Assembly: GCA_028703495.1 (NCBI GenBank)
Contig: JAQVMT010000002.1
Span: 85,177 to 149,176, forward strand
Reading direction: 5' to 3'
Length of the DNA stretch: 64,000 bases
Source: Clostridia bacterium
Lineage (GTDB): Bacteria > Bacillota > Clostridia > Christensenellales > CAG-314
Positions 36,113-45,903 of the stretch are shown here, piece after piece (within the stretch, counting starts at the first letter, position 1; each line of letters starts with the position of its first letter). The notes under the pieces are model-generated. The model had not been told where the DNA came from. It made no database searches and worked only from the letters and a program-made list of their open reading frames with translations. The position numbers and the translations under genes were made by a program.

Positions 36113-38500
36113 TCAAACTCCTCGGTTGAAATGACCTGCGGTTGTATTTTTATCGGCTTGATTTCCGTTTGGGCACCCTTTATCTATCAAATACTCGTAG
36201 TATCCTACAACCGCCCCTATATCGTCCTTATCATCGCAACAGCTTATGTCAATAATACAATTACTAGTATAATCCAATCTTCCTATTAATGAGGTTTTAT
36301 CGCAATTGTAAAGCGTATATCGACATCTGTCGGTAACCGTTCGTCTAATTGCATATCGATTGCCGTATTTGTCATGGTAATAAATATCGCCGTCATACTT
36401 GCAGTTATTACACGCGCAATGGTAGTTAAGCTTGATCGGACAATGCGCAAGCTGCATATCCGATACGAATCCTTCGGCGTACATATAGCCGCGCTTACCG
36501 CTTATCGGTGTGCCGAAGTACTTCATTTCGTTCTCGTTAAGTTCGACCGAGTACGCGTATGCTTCGATCGGATACAACTCGTCGATAACATCGATTGTCC
36601 TTGAGTTGAAAACGTTCATTCCCGTTCCGAGAATTAGTTTAACGCCTGTTTGCGCTGCCAACTCTACTCCGTACGAATTATTGGCTACGACTCCCTTCGC
36701 ACCTTTTGATATTGCTTGCTTAAACATTTCCAACTCCGAATTAGTAGCCGATGCCGGTAAATAAAGATACCAATCAATATCCTCGGGAACAACGAATTTA
36801 GAATAATTCTCGGGTTTCACTACAGTATATTTTATATGCGAACCCTTTGATATGCTTACTATACGAGAGTCGGTAAGCTGTTTATCGTTTATAATCAGCA
36901 TTATTGAATTGTTAGCATCCTCTGTTGCTTCCACTGTTCTGATAACCTTATTAGTATCGGTTTCGCTCGAAAGGCAACAATTATAGCTTATCGGCTTATT
37001 GTTGTGTTTCATTTCACCATTATCGATGTTGCGCCGTTCGTACTCCTTTATTATCTCTTGCTCCAACTCATCCAACGCTCTTCTTCGCAATCCATTAAGA
37101 ATGGATTTAGGTACGTATCCGCCGTCACAATTAACTACTATGCGTTTAATAGTAAACGGAGTACCGCCTGTTTTTTCAATTTGTGTGCGGTAATACCCCT
37201 CGTCGAGGCAATTATCGGTCTGCTTGCTTGTGCAACCTTCCTCAACGCATATACTAGTCCCGCTTGTCGGCTCTGTCAGAGTAAGTCTACACATGTCGCC
37301 GATTTGTAGAAATGCTTCAATACCGATGGTTCTTTCCACCGCTTCGACGCCTTTTTCAAGCTCGCTATCCGTAGTGATATTTACCGCATCGCCAACATAT
37401 ACATTTCCCGTATAGCCGACAGCGGTCAAAAAACCGCTTTTATCCTCGGAAAGAGTTCTGCTGTAAACTGCGTTTGCTTCCTTGTCTTTTCCCATGAATC
37501 TGAAGCAATCACCCTTATGAAACCGCATAGAACTCTTCAATACTGCAATATTCTTAGCCTTATCGACCTCAATTATGGTACCGGCTCTTACTCCAATATG
37601 GTTAGGAACTGCGGTATATATTAAGCTATCGGATTCGGTGCGGTACAGGTAGCCGTCGGTAAAATCTCCTCTGTTAAAAATACGTTTTATATAGCCTGAT
37701 TCCTTAGCGATAACTCCATTTCTTAACGCTTTCGAGTAGCTTAAAGCTGTTTGTCCCGTGTAAGCGGGCTTGCGATTTCTGCCTTCGATTTTCATAACAT
37801 CGACACCGCAATTAGAGAACTCTCTAATTTTATCAAGCGTACAAAGGTCTCTCATCGACAAGAGATAACCTTTATTTATTTCCTTACCGAAGCGATCGAC
37901 GCAAGAATACAGTTGCCTACAAGGTTGGGCGCACATTCCTCTGTTTCCGCTCCTACCGCTTATCATCGACGACATGAGGCACTGTCCTGATGCGCTTACA
38001 CAAAGCGCGCCGTGAATGAATATTTCCGTTTTTAAATACGTTGCATCTACCATAGTTCTTATGTCGGAAAGAGATAATTCTCGGCTTAAGACAACTCCGT
38101 CAACGCCCAACCTCTCCAAAAATCTTGTCGAAAGTGAATTTGCTGTATTCATTTGAGTACTTGCAAACACTTCGATTCCCGTCAAGTTATCGATCGCGTA
38201 TTTAGCCAAAGCAATATCGGTAACTATAACGCCGTCGGATTTTGCTTTGTATATGCAATCCAGTAGACGGTAAGCATCGTGGAGCTCGCGGTCTTTTATA
38301 GCTATATTTACCGTAACATAGGTTTTAACGCCGAAAAGATGGCAGAATTTGACCCACTCACGCAGATCGTCAACCGTGCAATTATCAGCGTTAGCGCGCG
38401 CATTAAAACTACCAACGCCGAAATATACTGTATCGGTTCCGCAATTAACCGCTCTTATCAAACTCTCTCTACTGCCGGCAGGCGACAACAAAATAGGCAT
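36113..38500 (-). CDS. Long U32-family protein (peptidase U32 / DUF3656-type)
   Basis: The N-terminal U32 core has LLSPAGS...AVNCGTDTVYFG, IHGALCVSASGQCLMS and NRGMCAQPCR (the U32 Cys-rich signature). It is about 795 aa with an extended C-terminal region. Start at ATG 38500, 1 nt after the pheT stop codon. Confidence 0.8.
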   Translation of the reverse strand: MPILLSPAGSRESLIRAVNCGTDTVYFGVGSFNARANADNCTVDDLREWVKFCHLFGVKTYVTVNIAIKDRELHDAYRLLDCIYKAKSDGVIVTDIALAKYAIDNLTGIEVFASTQMNTANSLSTRFLERLGVDGVVLSRELSLSDIRTMVDATYLKTEIFIHGALCVSASGQCLMSSMISGRSGNRGMCAQPCRQLYSCVDRFGKEINKGYLLSMRDLCTLDKIREFSNCGVDVMKIEGRNRKPAYTGQTALSYSKALRNGVIAKESGYIKRIFNRGDFTDGYLYRTESDSLIYTAVPNHIGVRAGTIIEVDKAKNIAVLKSSMRFHKGDCFRFMGKDKEANAVYSRTLSEDKSGFLTAVGYTGNVYVGDAVNITTDSELEKGVEAVERTIGIEAFLQIGDMCRLTLTEPTSGTSICVEEGCTSKQTDNCLDEGYYRTQIEKTGGTPFTIKRIVVNCDGGYVPKSILNGLRRRALDELEQEIIKEYERRNIDNGEMKHNNKPISYNCCLSSETDTNKVIRTVEATEDANNSIMLIINDKQLTDSRIVSISKGSHIKYTVVKPENYSKFVVPEDIDWYLYLPASATNSELEMFKQAISKGAKGVVANNSYGVELAAQTGVKLILGTGMNVFNSRTIDVIDELYPIEAYAYSVELNENEMKYFGTPISGKRGYMYAEGFVSDMQLAHCPIKLNYHCACNNCKYDGDIYYHDKYGNRYAIRRTVTDRCRYTLYNCDKTSLIGRLDYTSNCIIDISCCDDKDDIGAVVGYYEYLIDKGCPNGNQADKNTTAGHFNRGV

Positions 38501-38501
38501 T

Positions 38502-40904
38502 TTAGTTATCTCTAAGCTTTGCGCCAAACTTTTTGCGCAACTCCTCTACAATCGAGTCTGAAACATTATCAATTTCGCTATCTTTCAATGTCGCATCGTA
38601 GCTGGTTAAGGTTATGCTAAAAGCGACACTTTTCTTATTGATGGCGCTCAGTCCACCTCCGTTGTAAATATCAAATAAATCTATGCTTTCGATCAGGGGA
38701 GAAATATCCTTAACCGTTTCGAGAATGTCGCCTACGCTGATTTTTGAATCAATAACAAATGCAAAATCGCGTTTGGACGAAGGATACTTCGAAATTCGAT
38801 GGAACTTGAAGCTATCTGCTGCTGAAAGTGCGATCAATCGGTCGAAGTTGAGCTCGCAAATCGAGACAGTGGAACGAATATCGAAATAGTCTAAAACCGT
38901 TGGATGCAGTTCGCCAAAGCTACCGATAACCTCTCCGTTGGCAAGGATAATGTCCGCACTCTTGCCCGGGTGCAAATAGCATAGCTCGCTCCTTTTTATT
39001 TTGTATGGCAACATAAAGTGAGCCAAAACCAAATCCACGGCTTTTTTAAGACAAAAGAAATTCGAATTCTCGCCCGTAATTGACATACAAAGCATAGTAA
39101 TTTCTTTCGGCTGTTCTATTAGTGGCAGGGACTTGGCAAAGAAGCACCTCCCGAACTCATACAGTGCAAAATCCTTGTTCTTCTTCGAAAGGTTGAAAGC
39201 AATCGTGTTAAGCATATTACATGCAAGCGTAGCGCGAAGGTATGCCATATCTTCGCCCAGAGGATTGTTTATTCGAATGAGGTTGTCCTTATATTTGTCG
39301 TTGAAAAGCATTTTTGTATACGCGTTTTTATTGCCGAATGAATACGTTATAATCTCATTATATCCTGCTCCCGCCAATATATCACGTACGGCAAACTGCT
39401 CTTTATGAGAAACGTTTATCCCCCCTACAGTAACCTTAACATTTTCCAACAAAGTTGATTGGATGTTGTCATAGCCGTAGACTCGAATTATTTCCTCGAT
39501 TATGTCGCAGTCTTTGTCAATATCCTGTCTGTAAGGAGGTACGATGCAATTAATCACACCATCGGTAATCGAAGTTCTTATATTTAAGCTCTCCAATATT
39601 TTGGACGAAAGGTTTTCGTCAATACTTATACCTAATATCTTACTTATTCGTGAATACTTAAAAGAAACCTGTCGTTCGGAATGTATCTCCTCGCCTATAG
39701 CGATTCTTCCCGCTGTAACAATGCCACAATTAAGCAGTTGTATTAGGTGAAGGGCTCTGCTTAATGCCATATCGGCAGTGTACGACTCAACTCCCTTTTC
39801 AAACCTTGCGGAGGAATCCGAACGCAATCCGAGTTTTTTTGCGGATTTTCTAATATTCTCTTTTTTAAATACCGCAGATTCGAACACAACCGTCGAAGTG
39901 GCTTGAGAAATACCGCTGTTCAATCCGCCCATAATTCCGGCAAGTCCGACAGGCTTGGATTTATCCGCAATCACTAGAATATCCTTATCCAGAACGTATT
40001 CCTTCTCGTCGAGCGGGATAATCTTTTCTCCCGATAAAGCACGTCTAACAATTATTGTTCTATCCTTAATGTTGTCATGGTCGAATGCGTGCATCGGCTG
40101 ACCCAATTCAAACAAAACGTAATTGGTTATATCTACTATATTGCTTATTCCGTGCAACCCGACTTTGAACAGCCTTCTAGTCATCCAAAGAGGCGAAGGC
40201 TTCACAGTAACGTCTGTTACACCTTGCATAAAGTAATTCGGACACAAGTCGGAATCTACAACCTCAACGGTTACCATGTTGGCTGTATTTTGAATACCAT
40301 TAACAATGTATGAGCAATCCAAAGGTTTGCACTTTTTACCCAATGCAACCGCGACCTCACGTGCAACTCCATAAATACTATTGCAGTCGGGTCTGTTGGC
40401 GGTTATATTGATATCCAATACCGCGTCATCAAAACCAAGCACGTTAATCATGCTTTCGCCGATCCTCTCGTTCGAGTCCAAAACTAAAACTCCATCGAAG
40501 GACGCGTTCGGGTATACGCTGTCGTTTGCGCCCAGCTCCTCGCCCCCGCAAAACATTCCTTTGGACTTGACTCCCCTCAACTCTCCATCTTTGATATGAG
40601 TTCCGTCGCTCAATACCGCTCCGTCCAACGCGACGGGTACTTTATCGCCAACTCGTATGTTTTTTGCGTTAGTGACAATCTGTAACTGCTTCTCGCCTAT
40701 GTCTACCTCGCAAACGCTGAGTTTATCGGCGTTGGGGTGCTTGTCGATGCTTAATATCTCACATACCACGACACCGGAGAATTTGTCGGAAAAATCTATT
40801 ATGTCTTCTACCTCAAAACCTATGGATACGAGTCTTTCCTCAAGTGTATTAATGTCAACGTCAATGTCGACGTAATCCTTTAACCAAGAAATAGGTGCTT
40901 TCAT
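38502..40904 (-). CDS. pheT: Phenylalanine--tRNA ligase beta subunit
   Basis: MKAPISWLKDYV start, tRNA-binding OB domain, B3/4, B5 and FDX-ACB domains, 800 aa. RBS AAGGAGGA. Confidence 0.93.
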   Translation of the reverse strand: MKAPISWLKDYVDIDVDINTLEERLVSIGFEVEDIIDFSDKFSGVVVCEILSIDKHPNADKLSVCEVDIGEKQLQIVTNAKNIRVGDKVPVALDGAVLSDGTHIKDGELRGVKSKGMFCGGEELGANDSVYPNASFDGVLVLDSNERIGESMINVLGFDDAVLDINITANRPDCNSIYGVAREVAVALGKKCKPLDCSYIVNGIQNTANMVTVEVVDSDLCPNYFMQGVTDVTVKPSPLWMTRRLFKVGLHGISNIVDITNYVLFELGQPMHAFDHDNIKDRTIIVRRALSGEKIIPLDEKEYVLDKDILVIADKSKPVGLAGIMGGLNSGISQATSTVVFESAVFKKENIRKSAKKLGLRSDSSARFEKGVESYTADMALSRALHLIQLLNCGIVTAGRIAIGEEIHSERQVSFKYSRISKILGISIDENLSSKILESLNIRTSITDGVINCIVPPYRQDIDKDCDIIEEIIRVYGYDNIQSTLLENVKVTVGGINVSHKEQFAVRDILAGAGYNEIITYSFGNKNAYTKMLFNDKYKDNLIRINNPLGEDMAYLRATLACNMLNTIAFNLSKKNKDFALYEFGRCFFAKSLPLIEQPKEITMLCMSITGENSNFFCLKKAVDLVLAHFMLPYKIKRSELCYLHPGKSADIILANGEVIGSFGELHPTVLDYFDIRSTVSICELNFDRLIALSAADSFKFHRISKYPSSKRDFAFVIDSKISVGDILETVKDISPLIESIDLFDIYNGGGLSAINKKSVAFSITLTSYDATLKDSEIDNVSDSIVEELRKKFGAKLRDN

Positions 40905-40917
40905 TATTCTATCCTCC

Positions 40918-41940
40918 TTATCCTACGATTTGCTGCAAAAATCTAATGTCGTTTTGGTACATAAGGCGTATATCGCTTATTCCATACTTAATCATTGTCA
41001 TCCTGTCTATGCCGAAGCCGAAAGCAAATCCCGAATAAATTTGCGAATCTATGCCACAATTATCTAAAACGAAGGGATTCACCATACCGGCTCCGAGTAC
41101 TTCGAGCCAGCCCGTTCCCTTACAAAGTCTGCATCCTTTTCCGCCGCAGTTGGAACAAGTTAAGTCGACCTCAACGCTCGGTTCTGTAAACGGGAAGAAG
41201 GATGGGCGCAGTCGAACCTTTGTGGAATCACTGAAAAACTTTTTGGAGAACGCTTCGATAGTTCCCTTTAAGTCGCAAAGAGTAACATTTTTATCTACAA
41301 CCAACCCTTCAATCTGATTAAAAATCGGCGAGTGAGTCGCATCGTCATCAACTCTGTAACACTTACCCGGACATATCATTTTAATCGGAGGACGGCTTTG
41401 CTCCATAACCCGTACTTGGTTGGGTGAGGTGTGAGTTCTGAGCAATATGCTTTCAGTAATATAGAATGTATCCTGCATATCCCTCGCCGGATGATCTAAG
41501 GGCGTGTTCAATGCTTGGAAGTTATAATAATCCGTTTCAACTTCGGGACCCTCTTTAACGACAAAGCCCATATCGGAAAAAATTTCCATGAGCTGCTTAT
41601 TAACCATAGAGAGGGGATGCAACGCACCTCTCTTTCCGTGCGTAAAATCGGCTGTTATATCAATGTATTCGCTTTCAATCTTCTCCTTGAGCTTTTGTTG
41701 CTTAACTGCTTCTTCCACCGCCGCAATCTTAGCTTCGATACGCTCTCTGGCAAGGTTTACAAGTTGTCCGACAAGAGGTTTCTCCTGAGGAGACAAGTCC
41801 TTCAGCCCTTTTAATAGCGCCGTCAACCTACCGTTTTTACCTAGGAACTTTACCTTTACACTTTGTATTTCATCTTGAGTCGGGTTGTTGTCGAGTTCAG
41901 TTAAGCACTCGTTTAAAATGATGTCAATCGTTTCTTTCAT
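40918..41940 (-). CDS. pheS: Phenylalanine--tRNA ligase alpha subunit
   Basis: HPARDMQDTFY, class II motifs (FRPSFFPFTEPS, GAGMV...FAFGFGIDR), 340 aa. RBS GAAGGAG. Confidence 0.93.
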   Translation of the reverse strand: MKETIDIILNECLTELDNNPTQDEIQSVKVKFLGKNGRLTALLKGLKDLSPQEKPLVGQLVNLARERIEAKIAAVEEAVKQQKLKEKIESEYIDITADFTHGKRGALHPLSMVNKQLMEIFSDMGFVVKEGPEVETDYYNFQALNTPLDHPARDMQDTFYITESILLRTHTSPNQVRVMEQSRPPIKMICPGKCYRVDDDATHSPIFNQIEGLVVDKNVTLCDLKGTIEAFSKKFFSDSTKVRLRPSFFPFTEPSVEVDLTCSNCGGKGCRLCKGTGWLEVLGAGMVNPFVLDNCGIDSQIYSGFAFGFGIDRMTMIKYGISDIRLMYQNDIRFLQQIVG

Positions 41941-41990
41941 TTTGCTCCTTCAAATTCCACTCGTATTGGCAATAAGCCGTGGATTATCTT

Positions 41991-42230
41991 AAAAAAATCC
42001 TAACGGAAACTCCGTTAGGACGATTGCTATCGTGGTACCACCTAAGTTCGTTGCTACGCAACCTTCATTGAAGTTTATTACGGAACCACCCGTTTTTGGC
42101 TACTTTTCTATCGTTCACCAAAAAAGCTCCAAAGTGAATATCTTCCCGCGCGCCTGTCTCTTTCACCAACCGAGACTCTCTGTTTAGGTAAATCGCAGTA
42201 TCTTATGCTTTTTCACAGCCTTTACAACGC
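41991..42230 (-). promoter_or_regulatory. T-box riboswitch leader (Phe specifier) with intrinsic terminator, controlling pheS-pheT (and probably the U32 gene)
   Basis: On the minus strand: the Stem I start AGAGAGTCTCGGTTGGTGAAAGAGAC; a specifier-loop context GGAAGATATTCAC with UUC followed by A; the T-box sequence AACTTAGGTGGTACCACG (complement of 42031-42048); and the terminator TCCTAACGGA-GTT-TCCGTTAGGA plus U7 (41991-42020). Confidence 0.85.
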
Positions 42231-42235
42231 AACGT

Positions 42236-42264
42236 ATTATATCACACCAAACACATTTTTGCAA
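42236..42264 (-). promoter_or_regulatory. Candidate promoter for the pheST T-box leader (TTGCAA-N17-TGaTATAAT)
   Basis: The minus strand reads TTGCAA (42264-42259), 17 nt, and an extended -10 TGATATAAT (-10 at 42241-42236). Confidence 0.55.
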
Positions 42265-42445
42265 GGTATTTAACTGTAATATTAAAAAAACTTTATGACA
42301 TATATTTAAAGTAAATTGCCAAATTAAGTTATAAAGAAGGAATTAGAAGTGGTAATCAACATGATATGTGTATAGCAATATGAAGAGAATGACAAATTAC
42401 TGTTAATCAAAAATTAAACTTTAGTTAAAAAATAAGTTTTTTTGC

Positions 42446-42474
42446 TTGACGTATTAAATGATTAATGCTACAAT
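42446..42474 (+). promoter_or_regulatory. Candidate promoter (TTGACG-N17-TACAAT) for the zinc-ribbon membrane protein gene
   Basis: TTGACG at 42446-42451 and TACAAT at 42469-42474, about 45 nt upstream of the ATG. Confidence 0.45.
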
Positions 42475-42521
42475 AATTCAGCGTGGTGTACGCGTAATAC
42501 ATATCTACTATGGAGGACAGA

Positions 42522-43571
42522 ATGAATAACAATCTATGGAAGTGCGAATGCGGTACTATTAATGAAACCGACACTTGCACAAATTGCAACAAACCAAGAC
42601 CTACTGTTGCTGCTCCATCTATGTCTGCTGAGGAAATGCTTAGGCAACAAATGATACAACAGCAGATGATCCAGCAACAAATGATGCAACAGCAAATGGC
42701 TCAGCAAGAGCAACTTAAGGCCGAAGCAGAACGCAGCAGACAGCGCGAGCTGGAGAGAGTTCAAGCCGAAGAAGTCGCCAAATACAGAGAAGAAAAGAAG
42801 AAGGGCGTTTTCTTTGATGCAATCAATCCTCTTGCAGGCAGTTGGATGGTTCTTGTTCTGGCTATCGCCGCATCACTTGCTGCCCTTGTTAATCTGGTTA
42901 ACATGTTTACAAACTTCGGATTTTTTAAATTTGGATATGGACTTGTAAGTGTTGCGCTATCCGCATTGGTATGCGCAGGATTTTGGGTTATATGGGCAGG
43001 TGCAAAAAAACGCAATTTATCCGCAAAGGGTATAGGATTAATAAAAGGTGCATTCACTACTTATCAAGTATTTGCTTATATAGTTCTTGCATTCGCTATG
43101 ATAGTTGTTTTCCTGGCTTCCTCGATAGCAGCAGGTACCGGCGGATTTCTCAACGATTTACTTAATACCGCAGAAGTTGATTTAGGATTCGATTTAAGTG
43201 GACTTATTGGCGCGGGAATTGCTATTTTGCTGGTTGTGTATATGATTGTTGCCGCTCTTGTTGTTTGTTACTTCGTTTTTGTAGGTCAAATCTTAAATGA
43301 TGCCAAAAACAGATTGAACGGAAAAATCATTGCGCAGAAGAAATTTATTGCTTCCGCAATTTTCCTTTTCTTAATGGTTCCATCGCAGATTCTGATTATG
43401 CTTAATGCAAGCGTAATTAATGTTATTGCGGGCCTGTCTGCAATTATATTGTATGGTTTCGGCGGAGTTGTATGCATTCTATACGGCAAAGCCTTGTTAA
43501 ATTACGGAACAGAAATAGATAGAATTGAAAAAATGACTTACGAAGACATTCAAAAGGAAAAAGTGCAATAA
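42522..43571 (+). CDS. Membrane protein with an N-terminal zinc ribbon, a Gln-rich repeat/coiled-coil and about 6 TM helices; unknown function
   Basis: WKCECGTINETDTCTNCNKP (CxC...CxxC); QQMIQQQMIQQQMMQQQMAQQEQ followed by a charged helix; then hydrophobic segments to the C-terminus. Start at the ATG 4 nt after GGAGGA. Confidence 0.6.
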   Translation: MNNNLWKCECGTINETDTCTNCNKPRPTVAAPSMSAEEMLRQQMIQQQMIQQQMMQQQMAQQEQLKAEAERSRQRELERVQAEEVAKYREEKKKGVFFDAINPLAGSWMVLVLAIAASLAALVNLVNMFTNFGFFKFGYGLVSVALSALVCAGFWVIWAGAKKRNLSAKGIGLIKGAFTTYQVFAYIVLAFAMIVVFLASSIAAGTGGFLNDLLNTAEVDLGFDLSGLIGAGIAILLVVYMIVAALVVCYFVFVGQILNDAKNRLNGKIIAQKKFIASAIFLFLMVPSQILIMLNASVINVIAGLSAIILYGFGGVVCILYGKALLNYGTEIDRIEKMTYEDIQKEKVQ

Positions 43572-43593
43572 TCTCTATTAAAGCAATACTATC

Positions 43594-43639
43594 GGCGGTA
43601 GCCTTTCGCGTAATGCGCGTTCAGGCTATCGCCTTTTTT
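43594..43639 (+). terminator. Rho-independent terminator
   Basis: Arms GGCGGTAGCCT (43594-43604) and AGGCTATCGCC (43623-43633, one G-U pair), followed by T6 (43634-43639). Confidence 0.7.
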
Positions 43640-43815
43640 ATTATTAATGTTATCCTCTCATATAAACTTATATTGTGATTAAAATATTCAAAAGTCACAC
43701 TTTATGCAACTCAACAGGCTAGCATTTTCGATTTGTTTTCACAAAAACTCGACGATAATTATTCATAATTCCAATGCGGTTGGTTTCACTATTTAACTCA
43801 AAATTTAAAACAGAA

Positions 43816-44286
43816 TCATTTAGTTTTATGCTTTTGTAATATGTTTTCGATCTTGCTTAAACAGTTATAAAGCTCCATCAACTCGCTTTCTTTATATATG
43901 TTCTCTAAAAGCAATTTAGCACCTCTATCAAACATTGCGTTGCTTTCCTCCATAAACGCCTTTCCTTTTTCAGTTAGCCTTACATAAATCACTTTCTTAG
44001 AATCTTCCTTGGTGAACTTCTCAATAAGTCCGTCAATTATCAAACTTTCCATCATTTGCGACAAGTTTGCATAGGACAAAGAACCGTAAAGCGACAAATA
44101 CTTCAACGAACATTCGCCCATATTATGGAGGATTGCCAAGATATTTCTAGGTGCCTGCTTCATTAGCATAAACCTAGAGCCTTGTATCTTACTCGTTTCC
44201 TGTATCGGCGTTAACATATTTGTATTTAATAGTATTACGGTCTTGTCTACCAACACGCCTAATCTTTTATAAAAATCCAACTCCAT
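43816..44286 (-). CDS. MarR-family transcriptional regulator
   Basis: 156 aa. The winged-helix region ILHNMGECSLKYLSLYGSLSYANLSQMMESLIIDGLIEKF...VIYVRLTEKGK is typical of MarR. Confidence 0.75.
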   Translation of the reverse strand: MELDFYKRLGVLVDKTVILLNTNMLTPIQETSKIQGSRFMLMKQAPRNILAILHNMGECSLKYLSLYGSLSYANLSQMMESLIIDGLIEKFTKEDSKKVIYVRLTEKGKAFMEESNAMFDRGAKLLLENIYKESELMELYNCLSKIENILQKHKTK

Positions 44287-44364
44287 AGATTCACCTTTCT
44301 ATTGTTTTGTAAGCTTTGCATGCTGCATTAATCGCAGCACTATCAAAGCGATTGCATATATCCA

Positions 44365-45786
44365 TTAACGATTGATATATTCGTTATACCTTTGTATTAA
44401 TCCTATACGGGACTTTGCGGAGGTTTTATCATATATCGATGTGATATATCTTTGAAGGACACGTCGCGATATAAAAAGTCTGTCGGCTATCGTCTGTAAG
44501 TCATCCTCTGTCAAAAGTAAGTTCTTCAGCACTTCGTTTTCACGATCTGTTAATCCACGAGATGCAGAGAAGTCATCAATACCATTCTCATAAGAGGTTT
44601 GTTTTGAAATAACTTGATTATCGATTTGTCGTATAAAATCTTTGCTTTGCACAAACACGCTACTGATATCGCGAAGTAAAATCAGCATAACAGCCACTGA
44701 AAGAATACAACTTGATATAAGTAGTATGACATTACCGAAACGTTCATATAGCAACATTGTCGGAATAGTTGCGAAGGCGACGGTAAAACTGCGTACTATT
44801 CTACCCATACTTGCCCACAATGTCGGCTTTTTGGATTCAGAGGCAATTAAGAAAAAGTTAATTGTTAAATACATAACGTAAAAGCCACTAAAAAGATATA
44901 TAAATCCGACTCCTAACCAATAGAATGAGGTTTCGGCAAAAATCGCGCTTGACAAAACCGAAAGAAAAACCGAACAAACAGTAGCGAGCGTAAGGTATTT
45001 GCCTTTCTTATAATCGGCAGTAAATCCTGCAATGACTAGACTTGCTGCATAAAACAACCGCGTAAAATTCGAAAGCACGTTTTGCCCCACTGCTTGAACA
45101 GGAACAACGATTCCATCCAATAATGCGCATATGACAGAGATTAAGGTGACTGCGGCAATCGTGACAAATACCGACCTCTTACTCAATGTTTTATCCGGTA
45201 GTACCGATGAATTAACTACATCTCTATTCTTAGTCGGATATATGTAAGATATAACAACAGCGGCAACGCAGACAGTCATGCAAATTAAATATACAAGATT
45301 TGATAACGGTAAACACTGAACGACGTACTGAAGCAATACCGCAAGTGCCATACCTATGCCGATGATACGTCCCATATATTTGTTGTTGAAAGCAATCGCA
45401 CAGTTTCGATAAGCAGAGCCTCCGATAACCCCGAGTAAATACAGCGTCAAAACAGCTCCTACCTCAAACAAAACGCCGTTGGTAGCGAATGCAAACGCGA
45501 AAGAAGTAGCAATCACCATAACTCCGATTAAAGAAAATGCAACGTTTCGCACTCTTATGTTGTGTATTAGCTTATCAAAAAGAGAAAAAGAGAGTAAACC
45601 GAGCGCGGTACTTAGCAAGCCAATTGAGTAGACGACAATGACACTGTATTTTCCCAAAACAGCTGCCGCGCAATCGTTTACCATAAACTCCGTTAGCTGG
45701 AAAGCGAAAAAACACACGCTAAAGTTTATTGCGCTAAATAAGGCGGGTTTCGGTATTGTCCTTAAACCTATAAACCCTTTATTCAT
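44365..45786 (-). CDS. Polytopic membrane protein with a C-terminal LuxR/GerE-type HTH (membrane-embedded one-component regulator)
   Basis: The N-terminal 380 aa or so is almost entirely hydrophobic helices (10-12 TM, transporter-like). The C-terminus LTDRENEVLKNLLLTEDDLQTIADRLFISRRVLQRYITSIYDKTSAKSRIGLI is a GerE/LuxR HTH. Start at the ATG 6 nt after GGAGGA. Confidence 0.7.
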   Translation of the reverse strand: MNKGFIGLRTIPKPALFSAINFSVCFFAFQLTEFMVNDCAAAVLGKYSVIVVYSIGLLSTALGLLSFSLFDKLIHNIRVRNVAFSLIGVMVIATSFAFAFATNGVLFEVGAVLTLYLLGVIGGSAYRNCAIAFNNKYMGRIIGIGMALAVLLQYVVQCLPLSNLVYLICMTVCVAAVVISYIYPTKNRDVVNSSVLPDKTLSKRSVFVTIAAVTLISVICALLDGIVVPVQAVGQNVLSNFTRLFYAASLVIAGFTADYKKGKYLTLATVCSVFLSVLSSAIFAETSFYWLGVGFIYLFSGFYVMYLTINFFLIASESKKPTLWASMGRIVRSFTVAFATIPTMLLYERFGNVILLISSCILSVAVMLILLRDISSVFVQSKDFIRQIDNQVISKQTSYENGIDDFSASRGLTDRENEVLKNLLLTEDDLQTIADRLFISRRVLQRYITSIYDKTSAKSRIGLIQRYNEYINR

Positions 45787-45903
45787 CGTTTTTCCTCCAT
45801 ACATAGCTTTATTAGGGATTCAAGCCAAAGGCTAACGTCTTTTTCGGCTTTATTATCTTGAAAGGAAATATATCGATACCGCATTCTAACCGATATAGAA
45901 TAA

